A stretch of DNA of 54,654 bases, from contig DASUCI010000054.1 of the NCBI GenBank assembly GCA_035762825.1, positions 1-54,654 of the forward strand, written 5' to 3'. The position numbers and the translations under genes were made by a program. The notes below the pieces were generated by a model. It had not been told where the DNA came from, searched no databases, and saw only the letters and a list, made by a program, of their open reading frames with translations. The first letter of the stretch is position 1, and the number at the start of each line of letters is the position of its first letter. The DNA comes from Gaiellaceae bacterium (lineage in GTDB: Bacteria; Actinomycetota; Thermoleophilia; Gaiellales; Gaiellaceae). Of the stretch, positions 8,554-17,446 are shown one piece after another.

Positions 8554-9791
8554 CCATGACACTCGCGAATGCCATTCCCGCCGATCTTCTCACGCCCCTG
8601 GGGGCATACCTTCGCCTCCGCGGTGACGAGGGCGGCAGCTTCCTGCTCGAGTCGGTCGAGCGGGGGCGACTCGGCCGCAATTCGTTCGTCGGGTGGGGCG
8701 CACGGCTGGTCGGGCTCGAGGAGGCGGAGACGCTCGGGGCCCCTGTCGTCGGCTACGTCTCGTACGACTACGCGGCCAAGCTCGAGCCGACGGTGCCGAT
8801 GCCCGCCGAGGGACCGGACTTCCCGGAGAGCTGCTTCGTCGTCGCCGAGACGCTCGTCCGCTTCGATCACGGCGCGGGTGTTGCCGAGGTGCTCGCCGGC
8901 CAACCGGAGGACGTCGCACGCACGCTCGCAGAGCCGCTCGTCGCGGCGGAGGGAGGAGGTGGCCGACGCGGGCCGCTGCGCCGCTTCCCCTCTCAGTCGC
9001 GCTACGAGGACATGGTCCGGATCTGCCAGGACTCCATCAGAGCCGGTGACGCCTATCAGGTAGTGCCGTCCCAGCGGGCCGAGAGACCCACCTCGGCGTC
9101 AGCGCTCGCGCTCTACCGCGCGCTTCGCCGTGTCAACCCCTCGCCGTACCTCTTCCTGCTCGAGCTCGACGGGCTCGCGCTCGTCGGCTCGTCCCCGGAG
9201 CGGCTCGTCGCGTGCGAGGACGGACGGGCGAGCGTCTGTCCCATCGCGGGTACCACGACCCCCGATGACGGTGACACCGAGCGCCTGCTCTCGTCCGAGA
9301 AGGATCGTGCGGAGCATGTGATGCTGGTCGACCTCGGCCGCAACGACCTCTCCCGCGTCTGTCGCGGGGGGACGGTTCGGGTCACCCGCTTCATGGACGT
9401 CGAGCGCTTCTCGCACGTCTCGCACCTCGTCTCGGAGGTCTCGGGAGAGCTCCGTGACGGGGTCACGCCGTTCGACGTGCTGCGGGCGTGCTTCCCGGCC
9501 GGCACGGTCACGGGCGCTCCGAAGGTTCGTGCGATGCAGATCATCTCCGAGCTCGAGGAGTACCGTCGTGGCCCGTACGCCGGAGCCGTCGGCTACGTGC
9601 TCCCGGGAGGCTCGATGGACACCTGCATCGCCCTGCGTACGATCGTGCTCTCGGACGGAATCGCGCGACTTCAGGCCGGTGCCGGCGTCGTTGCGGACTC
9701 GCAGCCCGAGGCCGAGCACCGCGAGTGCCTTGCAAAGCTCGCAGCGCTCGAGAAGGCGATCGACGTGGCCGAGGCGGAGTACGCCGCATGA
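8550..9791 (+). CDS. trpE: anthranilate synthase component I
   Basis: 413-aa ORF with the LLESVE...GR(N)SF feedback motif and the chorismate-binding C-terminal domain (GTVTGAPKVRAMQII..., GPYAGAVGY). GTG 8550, alternative ATG 8556. A PabB-type function is not excluded. Confidence 0.8.
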   Translation: MPMTLANAIPADLLTPLGAYLRLRGDEGGSFLLESVERGRLGRNSFVGWGARLVGLEEAETLGAPVVGYVSYDYAAKLEPTVPMPAEGPDFPESCFVVAETLVRFDHGAGVAEVLAGQPEDVARTLAEPLVAAEGGGGRRGPLRRFPSQSRYEDMVRICQDSIRAGDAYQVVPSQRAERPTSASALALYRALRRVNPSPYLFLLELDGLALVGSSPERLVACEDGRASVCPIAGTTTPDDGDTERLLSSEKDRAEHVMLVDLGRNDLSRVCRGGTVRVTRFMDVERFSHVSHLVSEVSGELRDGVTPFDVLRACFPAGTVTGAPKVRAMQIISELEEYRRGPYAGAVGYVLPGGSMDTCIALRTIVLSDGIARLQAGAGVVADSQPEAEHRECLAKLAALEKAIDVAEAEYAA

Positions 9792-10351
9792 AGATCCTGA
9801 TGCTCGACAACTACGACTCGTTCACGTGGAACCTGGTCCACCTGTTCGAAGAGCTCGGCGCGGAGGTCGTCGTCCATCGCAACGATGCGATCACGGTGGA
9901 GGAAGCTGAGGCTCTCCGGCCGGACCGGCTCGTCGTCTCGCCCGGGCCGGGCCGTCCGGCTGACGCAGGTGTCTCGGTGCAGCTCATCCGCGCGCTCGGT
10001 CCGAGCGTGCCCACGCTCGGCGTCTGCCTCGGCCACCAGGCGATCGTCGAGGCCTTCGGCGGCTCCGTCGGGCAAGCGCGGGCGCTCCTCCATGGCAAGG
10101 CCAGCCGCGTTCATCACGACGGGCAGGGGATCTTCGCAGGGCTTCCCGAGGAGATCGAGGCCGGCCGCTACCACTCGCTCGCGGCGGTCGTGGTGCCCGA
10201 CGACCTCCTCGTGACGGCGCGCACCGAAGACGGCGAGGTCATGGCCGTCAGGCACCGAGCCCACCGGATCGAGGGCGTGCAGTTCCACCCGGAGTCGGTT
10301 CTGACGGAGACCGGCAACGCGATGGCGCAGAACTTCCTTCGCTCCTCCTAG
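9788..10351 (+). CDS. trpG: anthranilate synthase component II / glutamine amidotransferase
   Basis: MKILMLDNYDSFTWNLV...GVCLGHQAI...VQFHPES is the class I GATase triad. ATG 9788 overlaps the trpE stop (ATGA). Confidence 0.85.
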   Translation: MKILMLDNYDSFTWNLVHLFEELGAEVVVHRNDAITVEEAEALRPDRLVVSPGPGRPADAGVSVQLIRALGPSVPTLGVCLGHQAIVEAFGGSVGQARALLHGKASRVHHDGQGIFAGLPEEIEAGRYHSLAAVVVPDDLLVTARTEDGEVMAVRHRAHRIEGVQFHPESVLTETGNAMAQNFLRSS

Positions 10352-10644
10352 CCGCCGGGCGCGCCGCCGCGCGAGACCTCGCGCTTCATGAGATCGAGGA
10401 GCTCGCGGAAGACCTCCCGCAGGCCCGACTCGGACAGCGGTCCGCCGTTGGCCGCGACGAGCTCGTCGAGAATCTGACGCTCGCGGTCGGGGTCGACGAA
10501 CGCAAGCCCGTGCTCCTCCTTGTAGCGCTTGAGCTCGCCGACGAGCGCGAGCCGGGAGTTGATCGCCTCCAGGATCGTGCGGTCGAGGTCCGAGATCTCG
10601 TCGCGAAGCCGGTGGATGGGGGCGTGAGAGTGCGGGTCGTTCAT
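10348..10644 (-). CDS. chorismate mutase, small AroQ type
   Basis: 98 aa (RLRDEISDLDRTILEAINSRLALVGELKRYKEEHGL..DPDRERQIL) form a single CM_2 helical domain. ATG 10644 overlaps the pheA stop (ATGA). Its stop overlaps the trpG stop in a CTAG. Confidence 0.8.
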   Translation of the reverse strand: MNDPHSHAPIHRLRDEISDLDRTILEAINSRLALVGELKRYKEEHGLAFVDPDRERQILDELVAANGGPLSESGLREVFRELLDLMKREVSRGGAPGG

Positions 10645-11507
10645 CGTCCGTTCGCAGGGTAGGACCCGAAGACGCGAAGCTGTCTCGTGCACCTGCGCAG
10701 CTCGCGCAGAGTCTCGCTCACGATCGCGTCGAGCGGGTGGCCGTCCAGCACCGCATCGAAGCGGTAGCGCCAGGGGGAGTGCGGAATCGGCCGAGAAACG
10801 AGCTGCAGGAGGTCGATGTCGTGGCGCGCGAAGGGCTCGAGCGCCCGGTAGAGCGCGCCCGGCTGGTGATCGGTGACGAACGAGAAGGCGGTGCGCCAGG
10901 GTTCGCCGTTCGCGTCGAGACGCATGTACGTCGCGATCGCGACGAAGCGCGTGTACGCCTCCGGATGATCGCCGACGTCGTCGGCGATCAGAGTCAGCCC
11001 GTGCAGCACGGCGGCACGCTCGCTCGCGATTGCGACCTCCGTCGGATCGCCGTGCGTCGCGACCTGAGCGGCCGCATCAGCGGTCGTTGCCGCCGCGATC
11101 GCTGTCGCCCACGGCATGCCGGCGAGGAGCTGCCGACACTGGTCGAGCGCGACCGGATGCGAGTGGACGACGCGGATGTCCTCGACGCGCGTCGGCGCCG
11201 GGCCGACGAGGCAGTGGCGGATCGGCAGGACCGTCTCCGCGGTGATCGCGAGCGGCGAGTCGTACAGGAGGTCGTGCGTCTCCGACACCGGCCCCGCGAG
11301 CGAGCTTTCGATGGGCAGGACCCCGAATGCGACCCGGCCGGACGCTGCCGCCTCGGCGACCGCACTGAAGCTCGGCAGGGGGACGAGCTCTGCGTCCTCG
11401 GGGAACAGGCGGTCGCAGGCAGCGGCACTGTGGGCGCCGTCGCGTCCGGGATAGCCGACGGTGACGGGTGCGTCGTCCGGGGGCAACGGTTCGGGCATCG
11501 AGTGCAT
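10641..11507 (-). CDS. pheA: prephenate dehydratase
   Basis: 288-aa ORF with the PDT domain (VGYPGRDGAHSAAA...FGVLPIESSLAGPV) and a C-terminal ACT domain (TAFSFVTDHQPGALYRALEPFA...SRP). Confidence 0.85.
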   Translation of the reverse strand: MHSMPEPLPPDDAPVTVGYPGRDGAHSAAACDRLFPEDAELVPLPSFSAVAEAAASGRVAFGVLPIESSLAGPVSETHDLLYDSPLAITAETVLPIRHCLVGPAPTRVEDIRVVHSHPVALDQCRQLLAGMPWATAIAAATTADAAAQVATHGDPTEVAIASERAAVLHGLTLIADDVGDHPEAYTRFVAIATYMRLDANGEPWRTAFSFVTDHQPGALYRALEPFARHDIDLLQLVSRPIPHSPWRYRFDAVLDGHPLDAIVSETLRELRRCTRQLRVFGSYPANGR

Positions 11508-11564
11508 GATGGCCGACCCCGCGTCGCTCGACGCACGCCTACGGCTCTCTATCCTTCAGCCCCC

Positions 11565-12995
11565 ATGAGTAGCGCCCCTCTGCGTCGGTCGAGGCCGTTG
11601 GGCCAGCAGACGCCGGACCCGCCCGGGCCGACTTCGCGCCGCGCCGCAGGCGCCGGCGCGTGGACGACGTCGTCGTGGCGTGCGTTCCCCGCCGGGCAGC
11701 AGCCCGACTGGCCCGATCCCGTCGCGCTGGAGGGCGTCCTGGATCGTCTTCGCGGGGTCCCGCCGCTCGTCTTCGCAGGCGAGGCGCGGGCGCTTCTCGC
11801 CGGGCTCGGCGAGGTCTGCGAGGGCCGTGCCTTCCTCTTGCAAGCGGGCGAGTGCGTCGAGTCGTTCCGGGACGTCTCGGCTCCGGCGATTCGCGAGAGG
11901 CTGAAGGTGCTGCTGCAGATGTCGGCCGTACTCACCTACGGAGCGATGCTCCCGGTGGTGAAGGTGGGCCGCCTCGCAGGGCAGTTCGCGAAGCCGCGCA
12001 CCGAGCCGACGGAGACGGTCGACGGTGTCGAGCTGCCGTCCTTCCGCGGGCACGTCGTGCACTCCGACGAGCCGACACTCGAAGCGCGAACCCCCGATCC
12101 CGAACGGCTCCTCCAGGGTTACTACCAGGCGGCGTCGACGCTCAACCTGCTGCGAGCCTTTACGAAGGGCGGCTTCGCCGACCTCACCCTCGTGCACACG
12201 TGGAACCGCGAGTTCGTTGCTGCGTCTCCCGCGGGCCAGCGCTACGAGGCGCTCGCCGACGAGATCGAGCGGGCGCTCCGGTTCATCCAGTCGATCGGGA
12301 TCGATCTCGCGAACGAGCCCAGCCTGCACGAGGTCGACGTCTGGACGAGTCACGAGGGGCTACTGCTCGAGTACGAGGAGGCCCTTACCCGCACCGATTC
12401 GCTCACGGGCCGTCCCTACGACTGCTCGGCGCACATGCTCTGGATCGGGGAGCGGACGCGAGACATCGACGGCGCCCACGTGGAGTTCTTCTCAGGAGTC
12501 GACAACCCGATCGGAGTCAAGCTCGGGCCGACTGCGACCGTCCAGGACGCCGTCGCGCTCGCGGAGCGGCTGAACCCGGGCCGGATCCCGGGCCGCCTGA
12601 CGTTCATCGCGCGCATGGGCGCGGGGCGTGTGCGCGACGTGTTGCCTCCGCTCCTGCGCGCGGTGCAGCAGGCCGCGATTCCGGTCGTGTGGGTGTGCGA
12701 CCCGATGCACGCGAACCTCGTCCGTATGCCGTCGGGGACGAAGACGCGCCGCTTCGACGAGATCATGGAGGAGCTGCACGGCTTCTTCGCGGCGCATCGC
12801 GAGGTCGGCACGTGGCCGGGAGGCGTGCATCTCGAGTTCACGGGAGAGGACGTGACGGAGTGTCTGGGCGGGTCGGAGGCAGTGCTCGAGGACCAGCTCG
12901 ACAACCGCTACGAGACGCTCTGCGACCCGCGCCTGAACGGGCGCCAGTCGCTGGACCTGGCGTTCCGGGTCGCTGAGCTCATGCGGGCCGGCTGA
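11565..12995 (+). CDS. class II 3-deoxy-7-phosphoheptulonate (DAHP) synthase
   Basis: Residues from MSSAPL (ATG 11565) carry class II signatures (WRAFPAGQQPDWPD, RLAGQFAKPR, MLWIGERTR, VWVCDPMHAN). The 276-aa N-terminal extension of ORF 10737..12995 is antisense to pheA and is rejected. Confidence 0.85.
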   Translation: MSSAPLRRSRPLGQQTPDPPGPTSRRAAGAGAWTTSSWRAFPAGQQPDWPDPVALEGVLDRLRGVPPLVFAGEARALLAGLGEVCEGRAFLLQAGECVESFRDVSAPAIRERLKVLLQMSAVLTYGAMLPVVKVGRLAGQFAKPRTEPTETVDGVELPSFRGHVVHSDEPTLEARTPDPERLLQGYYQAASTLNLLRAFTKGGFADLTLVHTWNREFVAASPAGQRYEALADEIERALRFIQSIGIDLANEPSLHEVDVWTSHEGLLLEYEEALTRTDSLTGRPYDCSAHMLWIGERTRDIDGAHVEFFSGVDNPIGVKLGPTATVQDAVALAERLNPGRIPGRLTFIARMGAGRVRDVLPPLLRAVQQAAIPVVWVCDPMHANLVRMPSGTKTRRFDEIMEELHGFFAAHREVGTWPGGVHLEFTGEDVTECLGGSEAVLEDQLDNRYETLCDPRLNGRQSLDLAFRVAELMRAG

Positions 12996-13005
12996 GCGCG
13001 AGCCC

Positions 13006-14094
13006 GTGCGGCTGGCGATCATCGGCACGGGGCTGATCGGCGCCTCCGCCGGGCTGGCGGCGCGCCGCGCGGGGGTGGGCGAGGTCGTCGGCTGGGACGA
13101 CGACCCGAACGCGCTCGGCGTCGCGGTCCAGCGGGAGGCGGTGACCCGGGCGGAGTCCGTGCCGGAAGCGCTGGCGGGGTCTGACGTCGCGCTGGTTGCG
13201 ATCCCCGTCGCCGGACTTCCGGCGGTCGTTCGGAGCGTGCTCGACGTTGCGTCCGGCGCATGTACGGTGACGGATGTCGGATCCACGAAGGGCGCTGTCT
13301 GCGCAGCGGCCGGAAGTGACCCGCGCTTCGTCGGCGGGCATCCGATCTGCGGTGCCGAGACGCGCGGGCCGGAACGAGCGACCGCCGACCTCTTCGTCGG
13401 CGCGACCTGGTTCCTCACCCCGGTGAGCTCCGTGGAGCCGGAGCGCTACCGCACCGTGCACGGCCTGGTCTCCGCGCTCGGCGCACGGCCGGTCGCGATC
13501 GAGCCCGACGCGCACGACCGGCTCGTCGCTGTCACGAGTCACCTGCCGCATGCGCTCGCCAACGTCCTTCTCAATCACGCCGGCGCTGCGCGCATCGAGG
13601 GCCACGACCCCCTCGCCGCGGCCGGAGGGTCGCTGCGCGACATGACCCGCATCGCGGGCGCGAATCCCAGGATCTGGGTCGACATCCTCCTCGAGAACCG
13701 GGAGGCGCTCACCGCCGCGCTTGCCGAGCACCGTCGCCGCGTCGAGCAGCTGGAAGCCGCGTTGGCCGACGGTGACGCCGGCTTCCTCGCGCGCTGGATC
13801 GGCGAGGCGAGCGGCAACCGGCGTCGCATGCTCGACACTGCCTACGAGGACGCGGGCGCCCTCCATCGGGTGCGCGTGCACGTCCCCGACCGTCCGGGCG
13901 TCCTGGCCGGCATCTTCCACGCGCTCGGAGCCGAGCGAATCAACGTCTCCGACTTCGACCTCGAGCACCTCTCGCCCGAGCGAGGCGGCACGCTGACCAT
14001 CCTCGTCACCGGTGAGGCGAGCGCGACGCTTGCTGCGGACCTGCTCGAGGCGCAGGGCTACGGCGTCGTCGTCGCCCCGGTGCTCGAGGAGTAG
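13006..14094 (+). CDS. tyrA: prephenate dehydrogenase with C-terminal ACT domain
   Basis: Rossmann motif IIGTGLIGAS, catalytic region GGHPICG and SHLPH, and a C-terminal ACT-like segment (HVPDRPGVLAGIFHALG). Confidence 0.85.
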   Translation: MRLAIIGTGLIGASAGLAARRAGVGEVVGWDDDPNALGVAVQREAVTRAESVPEALAGSDVALVAIPVAGLPAVVRSVLDVASGACTVTDVGSTKGAVCAAAGSDPRFVGGHPICGAETRGPERATADLFVGATWFLTPVSSVEPERYRTVHGLVSALGARPVAIEPDAHDRLVAVTSHLPHALANVLLNHAGAARIEGHDPLAAAGGSLRDMTRIAGANPRIWVDILLENREALTAALAEHRRRVEQLEAALADGDAGFLARWIGEASGNRRRMLDTAYEDAGALHRVRVHVPDRPGVLAGIFHALGAERINVSDFDLEHLSPERGGTLTILVTGEASATLAADLLEAQGYGVVVAPVLEE

Positions 14095-14107
14095 AAGACC
14101 TCGGGTC

Positions 14108-14587
14108 TCAGCTCACCGCTTGCTTCACGAGCGCGGCGATCCTTGCCTCGTCGGCGGCGGACAGCTTCTTCAGCGCGAACGAGGTCGGCCACATGGTGCC
14201 GTCGTCGAGCTTCGCAGTGTCGTTGAAGCCGAATGTCGCGTACCTCGACTGAAATTTCGACGCCGGCGTGAAGTAGCAGACGACCTTGCCGTCCTGGGCA
14301 TACGCAGGCATCCCGTACCAGGTCTTCGGCCAGAGGTCGGGCGCGCTGGCCGTGACGATCGCGTGGATCCGCTTGGCCATGGAACGATCGGGTCCCGGCA
14401 TCTCGGCGATCTTCGCGAGCAGGTCATTCTCCCCCTCCGCCCTGTTCTTGCTCGCGCGCTCCTCCGCCTTCAGTTCCTTGGCGCGCTCCTTCATCGCAGC
14501 GCGTTCTTCATCCGTGAATCCCTTGGGCTTCTTGCGGCTCGCGGTGGTGCTCTCGGCGGGCTTCTGTGTGCCCTTCCTTGCGCTCAT
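14108..14587 (-). CDS. DUF1801 (YdhG-like) domain protein
   Basis: C-terminal 159 aa of ORF 14108..14803 (start MSARKG at 14587). A Lys/Glu-rich N-terminus is followed by a YdhG-like fold (WYGMPAYAQDGKVVCYF). Confidence 0.6.
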   Translation of the reverse strand: MSARKGTQKPAESTTASRKKPKGFTDEERAAMKERAKELKAEERASKNRAEGENDLLAKIAEMPGPDRSMAKRIHAIVTASAPDLWPKTWYGMPAYAQDGKVVCYFTPASKFQSRYATFGFNDTAKLDDGTMWPTSFALKKLSAADEARIAALVKQAVS

Positions 14588-14704
14588 CCTTCCCCTCCTT
14601 CGCAGGCTCGCCCATGTTCTACCCGCCCGACCCCAACCCCGCAGCACCGATGATTCACTCCACAGGGGCCGTTGGGTTCGCGAAGCAGCCGTCCGGGCCA
14701 GCAG

Positions 14705-14733
14705 TTGACACGACCCGCACAGGGACTGAGAAT
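14705..14733 (+). promoter_or_regulatory. sigma-70-like promoter for the DUF1326/DUF2182 operon
   Basis: TTGACA (14705..14710), a 17-nt spacer, then GAGAAT (14728..14733). It is followed by the RBS AAGGAGG and ATG 14767. Confidence 0.45.
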
Positions 14734-14766
14734 CGCCCTGGCCCATCCGCGGACGAAGGAGGTCAG

Positions 14767-15366
14767 ATGTCCTGGAATCTCGAGGGCAGCTACTTCGAGA
14801 CATGCTCCTGTGAGCTCATGTGCCCGTGCAACTTCTCGTTCGACCACGGCGCGACGTACGACTACTGCCGCGTCACGCTCGTCTTCCACGTCGCCGATGG
14901 GGATGTCGAGGGAACGGATGTCAGCGGACGTACGGTCGCCGTCATTGCGGACACGCCGAAGGTCATGACGGACGGCAACTGGCGTCTCGGCATGTTCGTC
15001 GACGAGGACGCGACCGACGACCAGCTGGAGAAGCTGACCGCCGTTTTCGGCGGGCAGAAGGGCGGGCCGATGGCGGGCCTGGCCCCGCTGATCGGCGAGG
15101 TGCTCGGCGTGGAGCGCGCACCGATCGAGGTTGTCGAGGACGGCCTTCGCCACAGCGTCCGGATCGGAGATGCCGTCGACTTCGAGGTCGAGGACATCGT
15201 TCCGTTCGGCATCGAGACCGGGGAGCCCGCTCGCCTGACGGGTGTCTTCCATCCCGTCGCCTCGGAGTTGACCGCTGCCGAAGCCACCCGATCACAGATC
15301 AGCGCCTTCGGCATCGAGTACGAGGGAAAGACGGGGCTCTCAGCGCCCTTCTCGTGGGCTGCCTGA
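14767..15366 (+). CDS. DUF1326 domain protein
   Basis: MSWNLEGSYFETCSCELMCPCNFS... is the characteristic Cys-rich DUF1326 N-terminus. The RBS AAGGAGG lies 5 nt upstream. Confidence 0.75.
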   Translation: MSWNLEGSYFETCSCELMCPCNFSFDHGATYDYCRVTLVFHVADGDVEGTDVSGRTVAVIADTPKVMTDGNWRLGMFVDEDATDDQLEKLTAVFGGQKGGPMAGLAPLIGEVLGVERAPIEVVEDGLRHSVRIGDAVDFEVEDIVPFGIETGEPARLTGVFHPVASELTAAEATRSQISAFGIEYEGKTGLSAPFSWAA

Positions 15367-15370
15367 GCGC

Positions 15371-16201
15371 GTGATCGCCTCCGCGCACGAGCGCGCTCCG
15401 AACGCCGGGGGTCTCGGGCCTGCATTCGCCGCCGCACGGACACGGCTTGGGCTGATCGCGCTTCTCCTCGCCCTGGCTGCGGCCGGTTGGTGGTGGACGG
15501 TCGCTGAGATGCAGGGGATGGACGGTGGGCCGTGGACGGATCTCGGGACGCTCGCCTGGTTCGTCGGCGTCTGGGTCGTGATGATGGCGGCGATGATGTT
15601 CCCCTCGGTGGCACCGACGGTCGCCCTCTACTCGAGCATGACGAAGAGGCGGTCTCTCGCTCCACCGCTTCTCTTTACGTCCGGCTATCTCGCTGCATGG
15701 ACCAGCATCGGAGTGCTTGCCTTCGTGGTTGCACGCGTGGGCGATCGTGTCTCGGGCGACCTGCTTGCATGGGATCGCGCCGGTCGCTGGATCGCGGGAG
15801 GGACGCTCGTCGTCGCAGCGGCCTACGAGCTCACGCCACTCAAGGACGTGTGCCTTGGCAAGTGCCGCAGCCCGCTCGGCTTCCTGCTCGGATCCTGGCG
15901 GAGCGGACGCGCTGGTGCCCTGCAGATGGGCGTAAGGCACGGGGCCTGGTGCGTTGGCTGTTGCTGGGCGCTGATGGCATCGCTCTTCGCGCTCGGAGTG
16001 ATGAGCGTCGTCTGGATGGCAGTCGTCGCCGGGCTCATCGCGTTCGAGAAGCTGATTCCGTCGCGTCGTGCTGCGACATCTGTCACGGCCGCGATCCTGC
16101 TCGTGCTCGGTGTTCTGATGCTCGCCGCCCCCGACGCCATCCCTGCGCTCACCGTCCCGGCCAGTGGCTCGATGTCCGAGATGGACCAGATGAGTCCCTA
16201 G
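15371..16201 (+). CDS. DUF2182 family membrane protein (predicted metal-binding)
   Basis: 276 aa and multi-TM (WVVMMAAMMFPS..., LKDVCLGKCRSPL, GAWCVGCCWALM). This is the usual partner of DUF1326. Confidence 0.7.
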   Translation: MIASAHERAPNAGGLGPAFAAARTRLGLIALLLALAAAGWWWTVAEMQGMDGGPWTDLGTLAWFVGVWVVMMAAMMFPSVAPTVALYSSMTKRRSLAPPLLFTSGYLAAWTSIGVLAFVVARVGDRVSGDLLAWDRAGRWIAGGTLVVAAAYELTPLKDVCLGKCRSPLGFLLGSWRSGRAGALQMGVRHGAWCVGCCWALMASLFALGVMSVVWMAVVAGLIAFEKLIPSRRAATSVTAAILLVLGVLMLAAPDAIPALTVPASGSMSEMDQMSP

Positions 16202-16257
16202 TCGCCGGGAACCTGCAGCACGGTTGCCGAAGCGACAACAGGACTAGAGTCGGCCGC

Positions 16258-16698
16258 GTGACGCTGCAACGGATGGACAACGTCGGCATCGTGGTCGAGT
16301 CCCTCGATGCCGCAATCTCGTTTTTCGCCGAGCTCGGCCTCGAACTCGAAGGGCGATTCCTGGTGGAAGGAGAGTGGGCAGGGCGCGTCACCGGGCTGGG
16401 TGACCAGCGCGTCGAGATCGCCATGATGCGCACGCCGGACGGCCACAGCCGGCTCGAACTCTCGCGATTTCTCACGCCGCCTACGGTCGCCGATCACCGG
16501 AACGCCCCGGTGAACGCTCTCGGCTACCTACGCGTCATGTTCGCCGTGGACGACATCGACGATACGCTCGCCCGGCTCCGCAAGCACGGTGCGCAACTTG
16601 TCAGTAGCGAAGTGGTCCAGTACGAAGACGTGTATCGGCTCTGTTACGTCCGAGGCCCTGAGGGGATCCTCATCGGGCTGGCGGAGGAGATCGGCTAG
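16258..16698 (+). CDS. VOC (glyoxalase/bleomycin-resistance/dioxygenase) family protein
   Basis: The C-terminal part of ORF 15532..16698 (MDNVGIVVESLDAAISFFAELGLELEG...LRVMFAVDDIDDTLARL) is a single VOC domain. GTG 16258, alternative ATG 16273. Confidence 0.7.
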   Translation: MTLQRMDNVGIVVESLDAAISFFAELGLELEGRFLVEGEWAGRVTGLGDQRVEIAMMRTPDGHSRLELSRFLTPPTVADHRNAPVNALGYLRVMFAVDDIDDTLARLRKHGAQLVSSEVVQYEDVYRLCYVRGPEGILIGLAEEIG

Positions 16699-16826
16699 AC
16701 CGCCGGTCGAGCAGCGGATGGAGCCGTCGGAGGGATTCGTCCTCAGCCGTACGGGCCTCGTGTGGACGCCCGCGGCTTCGATCGACCCAACCGACGATGC
16801 CCTGCGAGCACCGAGACTCGGTCTGA

Positions 16827-17315
16827 ATGGGGCTCACGTTGCGGGAGGTACGGGACGAGGATCTGCCGCTGCTGTTCGAACAGTGGGCGGATCCGGTCGC
16901 CGCACACATGGCCGCGTTTACGGCGCCCGACCACATGGACCGGGACGCATTCGAGCGCCGCTGGTCGAGGCTAAGAGCCGACGAGACGGTGCTCACCCGG
17001 GTCATCGTCGTCGACGACGAGGTTGCCGGAACGATTGGGTCCTGGGGCGACCCCGGCGAGCGCGAGGTGACGTACTGGATCGGCCGGTCCTACTGGGGCA
17101 AAGGGATCGCCACCGATGCCCTCACTGCATTCTTGGCCGTTGATCGGTCGCGGCCGCTCCACGCCCACGTCGCGTCCGACAACGTCGCGTCCCGCCGCGT
17201 CCTCGAGAAGTGCGGCTTCCGCGTGATCGCGACGGAACGAAACGTCGCTGAAGCGCGCTCAGCCGAGATCGAGGAACTTGTGCTGCGCCTCGACGAGCTC
17301 ACTTCCACGGAATAG
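16827..17315 (+). CDS. GNAT family N-acetyltransferase (RimJ/RimL-like)
   Basis: 162 aa with YWIGRSYWGKGIATDAL...ASRRVLEKCGF. Confidence 0.75.
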   Translation: MGLTLREVRDEDLPLLFEQWADPVAAHMAAFTAPDHMDRDAFERRWSRLRADETVLTRVIVVDDEVAGTIGSWGDPGEREVTYWIGRSYWGKGIATDALTAFLAVDRSRPLHAHVASDNVASRRVLEKCGFRVIATERNVAEARSAEIEELVLRLDELTSTE

Positions 17316-17393
17316 GAATGTGACCCCCGCGAGTGCCCGCGCGTGCTCGTGGGCGGCGAGAAATCGCGGGTCTGTGACGCGCACGACGTGCCA

Positions 17394-17421
17394 GTCCTGC
17401 AGGCCCGAAGGCCCACAGGAC
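17394..17421. terminator. imperfect stem-loop between convergent genes
   Basis: GTCCTG-CA-GGCC cgaa GGCC-CA-CAGGAC lies between the stops at 17315 (+) and 17447 (-). Confidence 0.35.
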
Positions 17422-17446
17422 TTGGACTGATAGGCAGCGCGATGCC

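Noticed and set aside
7854-8903. Long N-terminal extensions on several minus-strand ORFs: TetR 7854..8903, pobA 21546..23147, pcaB 23859..25403, aldolase 38308..39642, PIG-L 38922..39881 and dehydrogenase 40555..42333.
   Set aside because: The extra residues are Arg/Pro-rich and overlap the upstream gene. Each conserved domain starts at an internal GTG or ATG that overlaps the preceding stop codon (GTGA/ATGA).
10737-11564. 276-aa N-terminal extension of the DAHP synthase ORF.
   Set aside because: The extension is antisense to the well-supported pheA gene and has no similarity to DAHP synthases. The conserved protein begins at ATG 11565.
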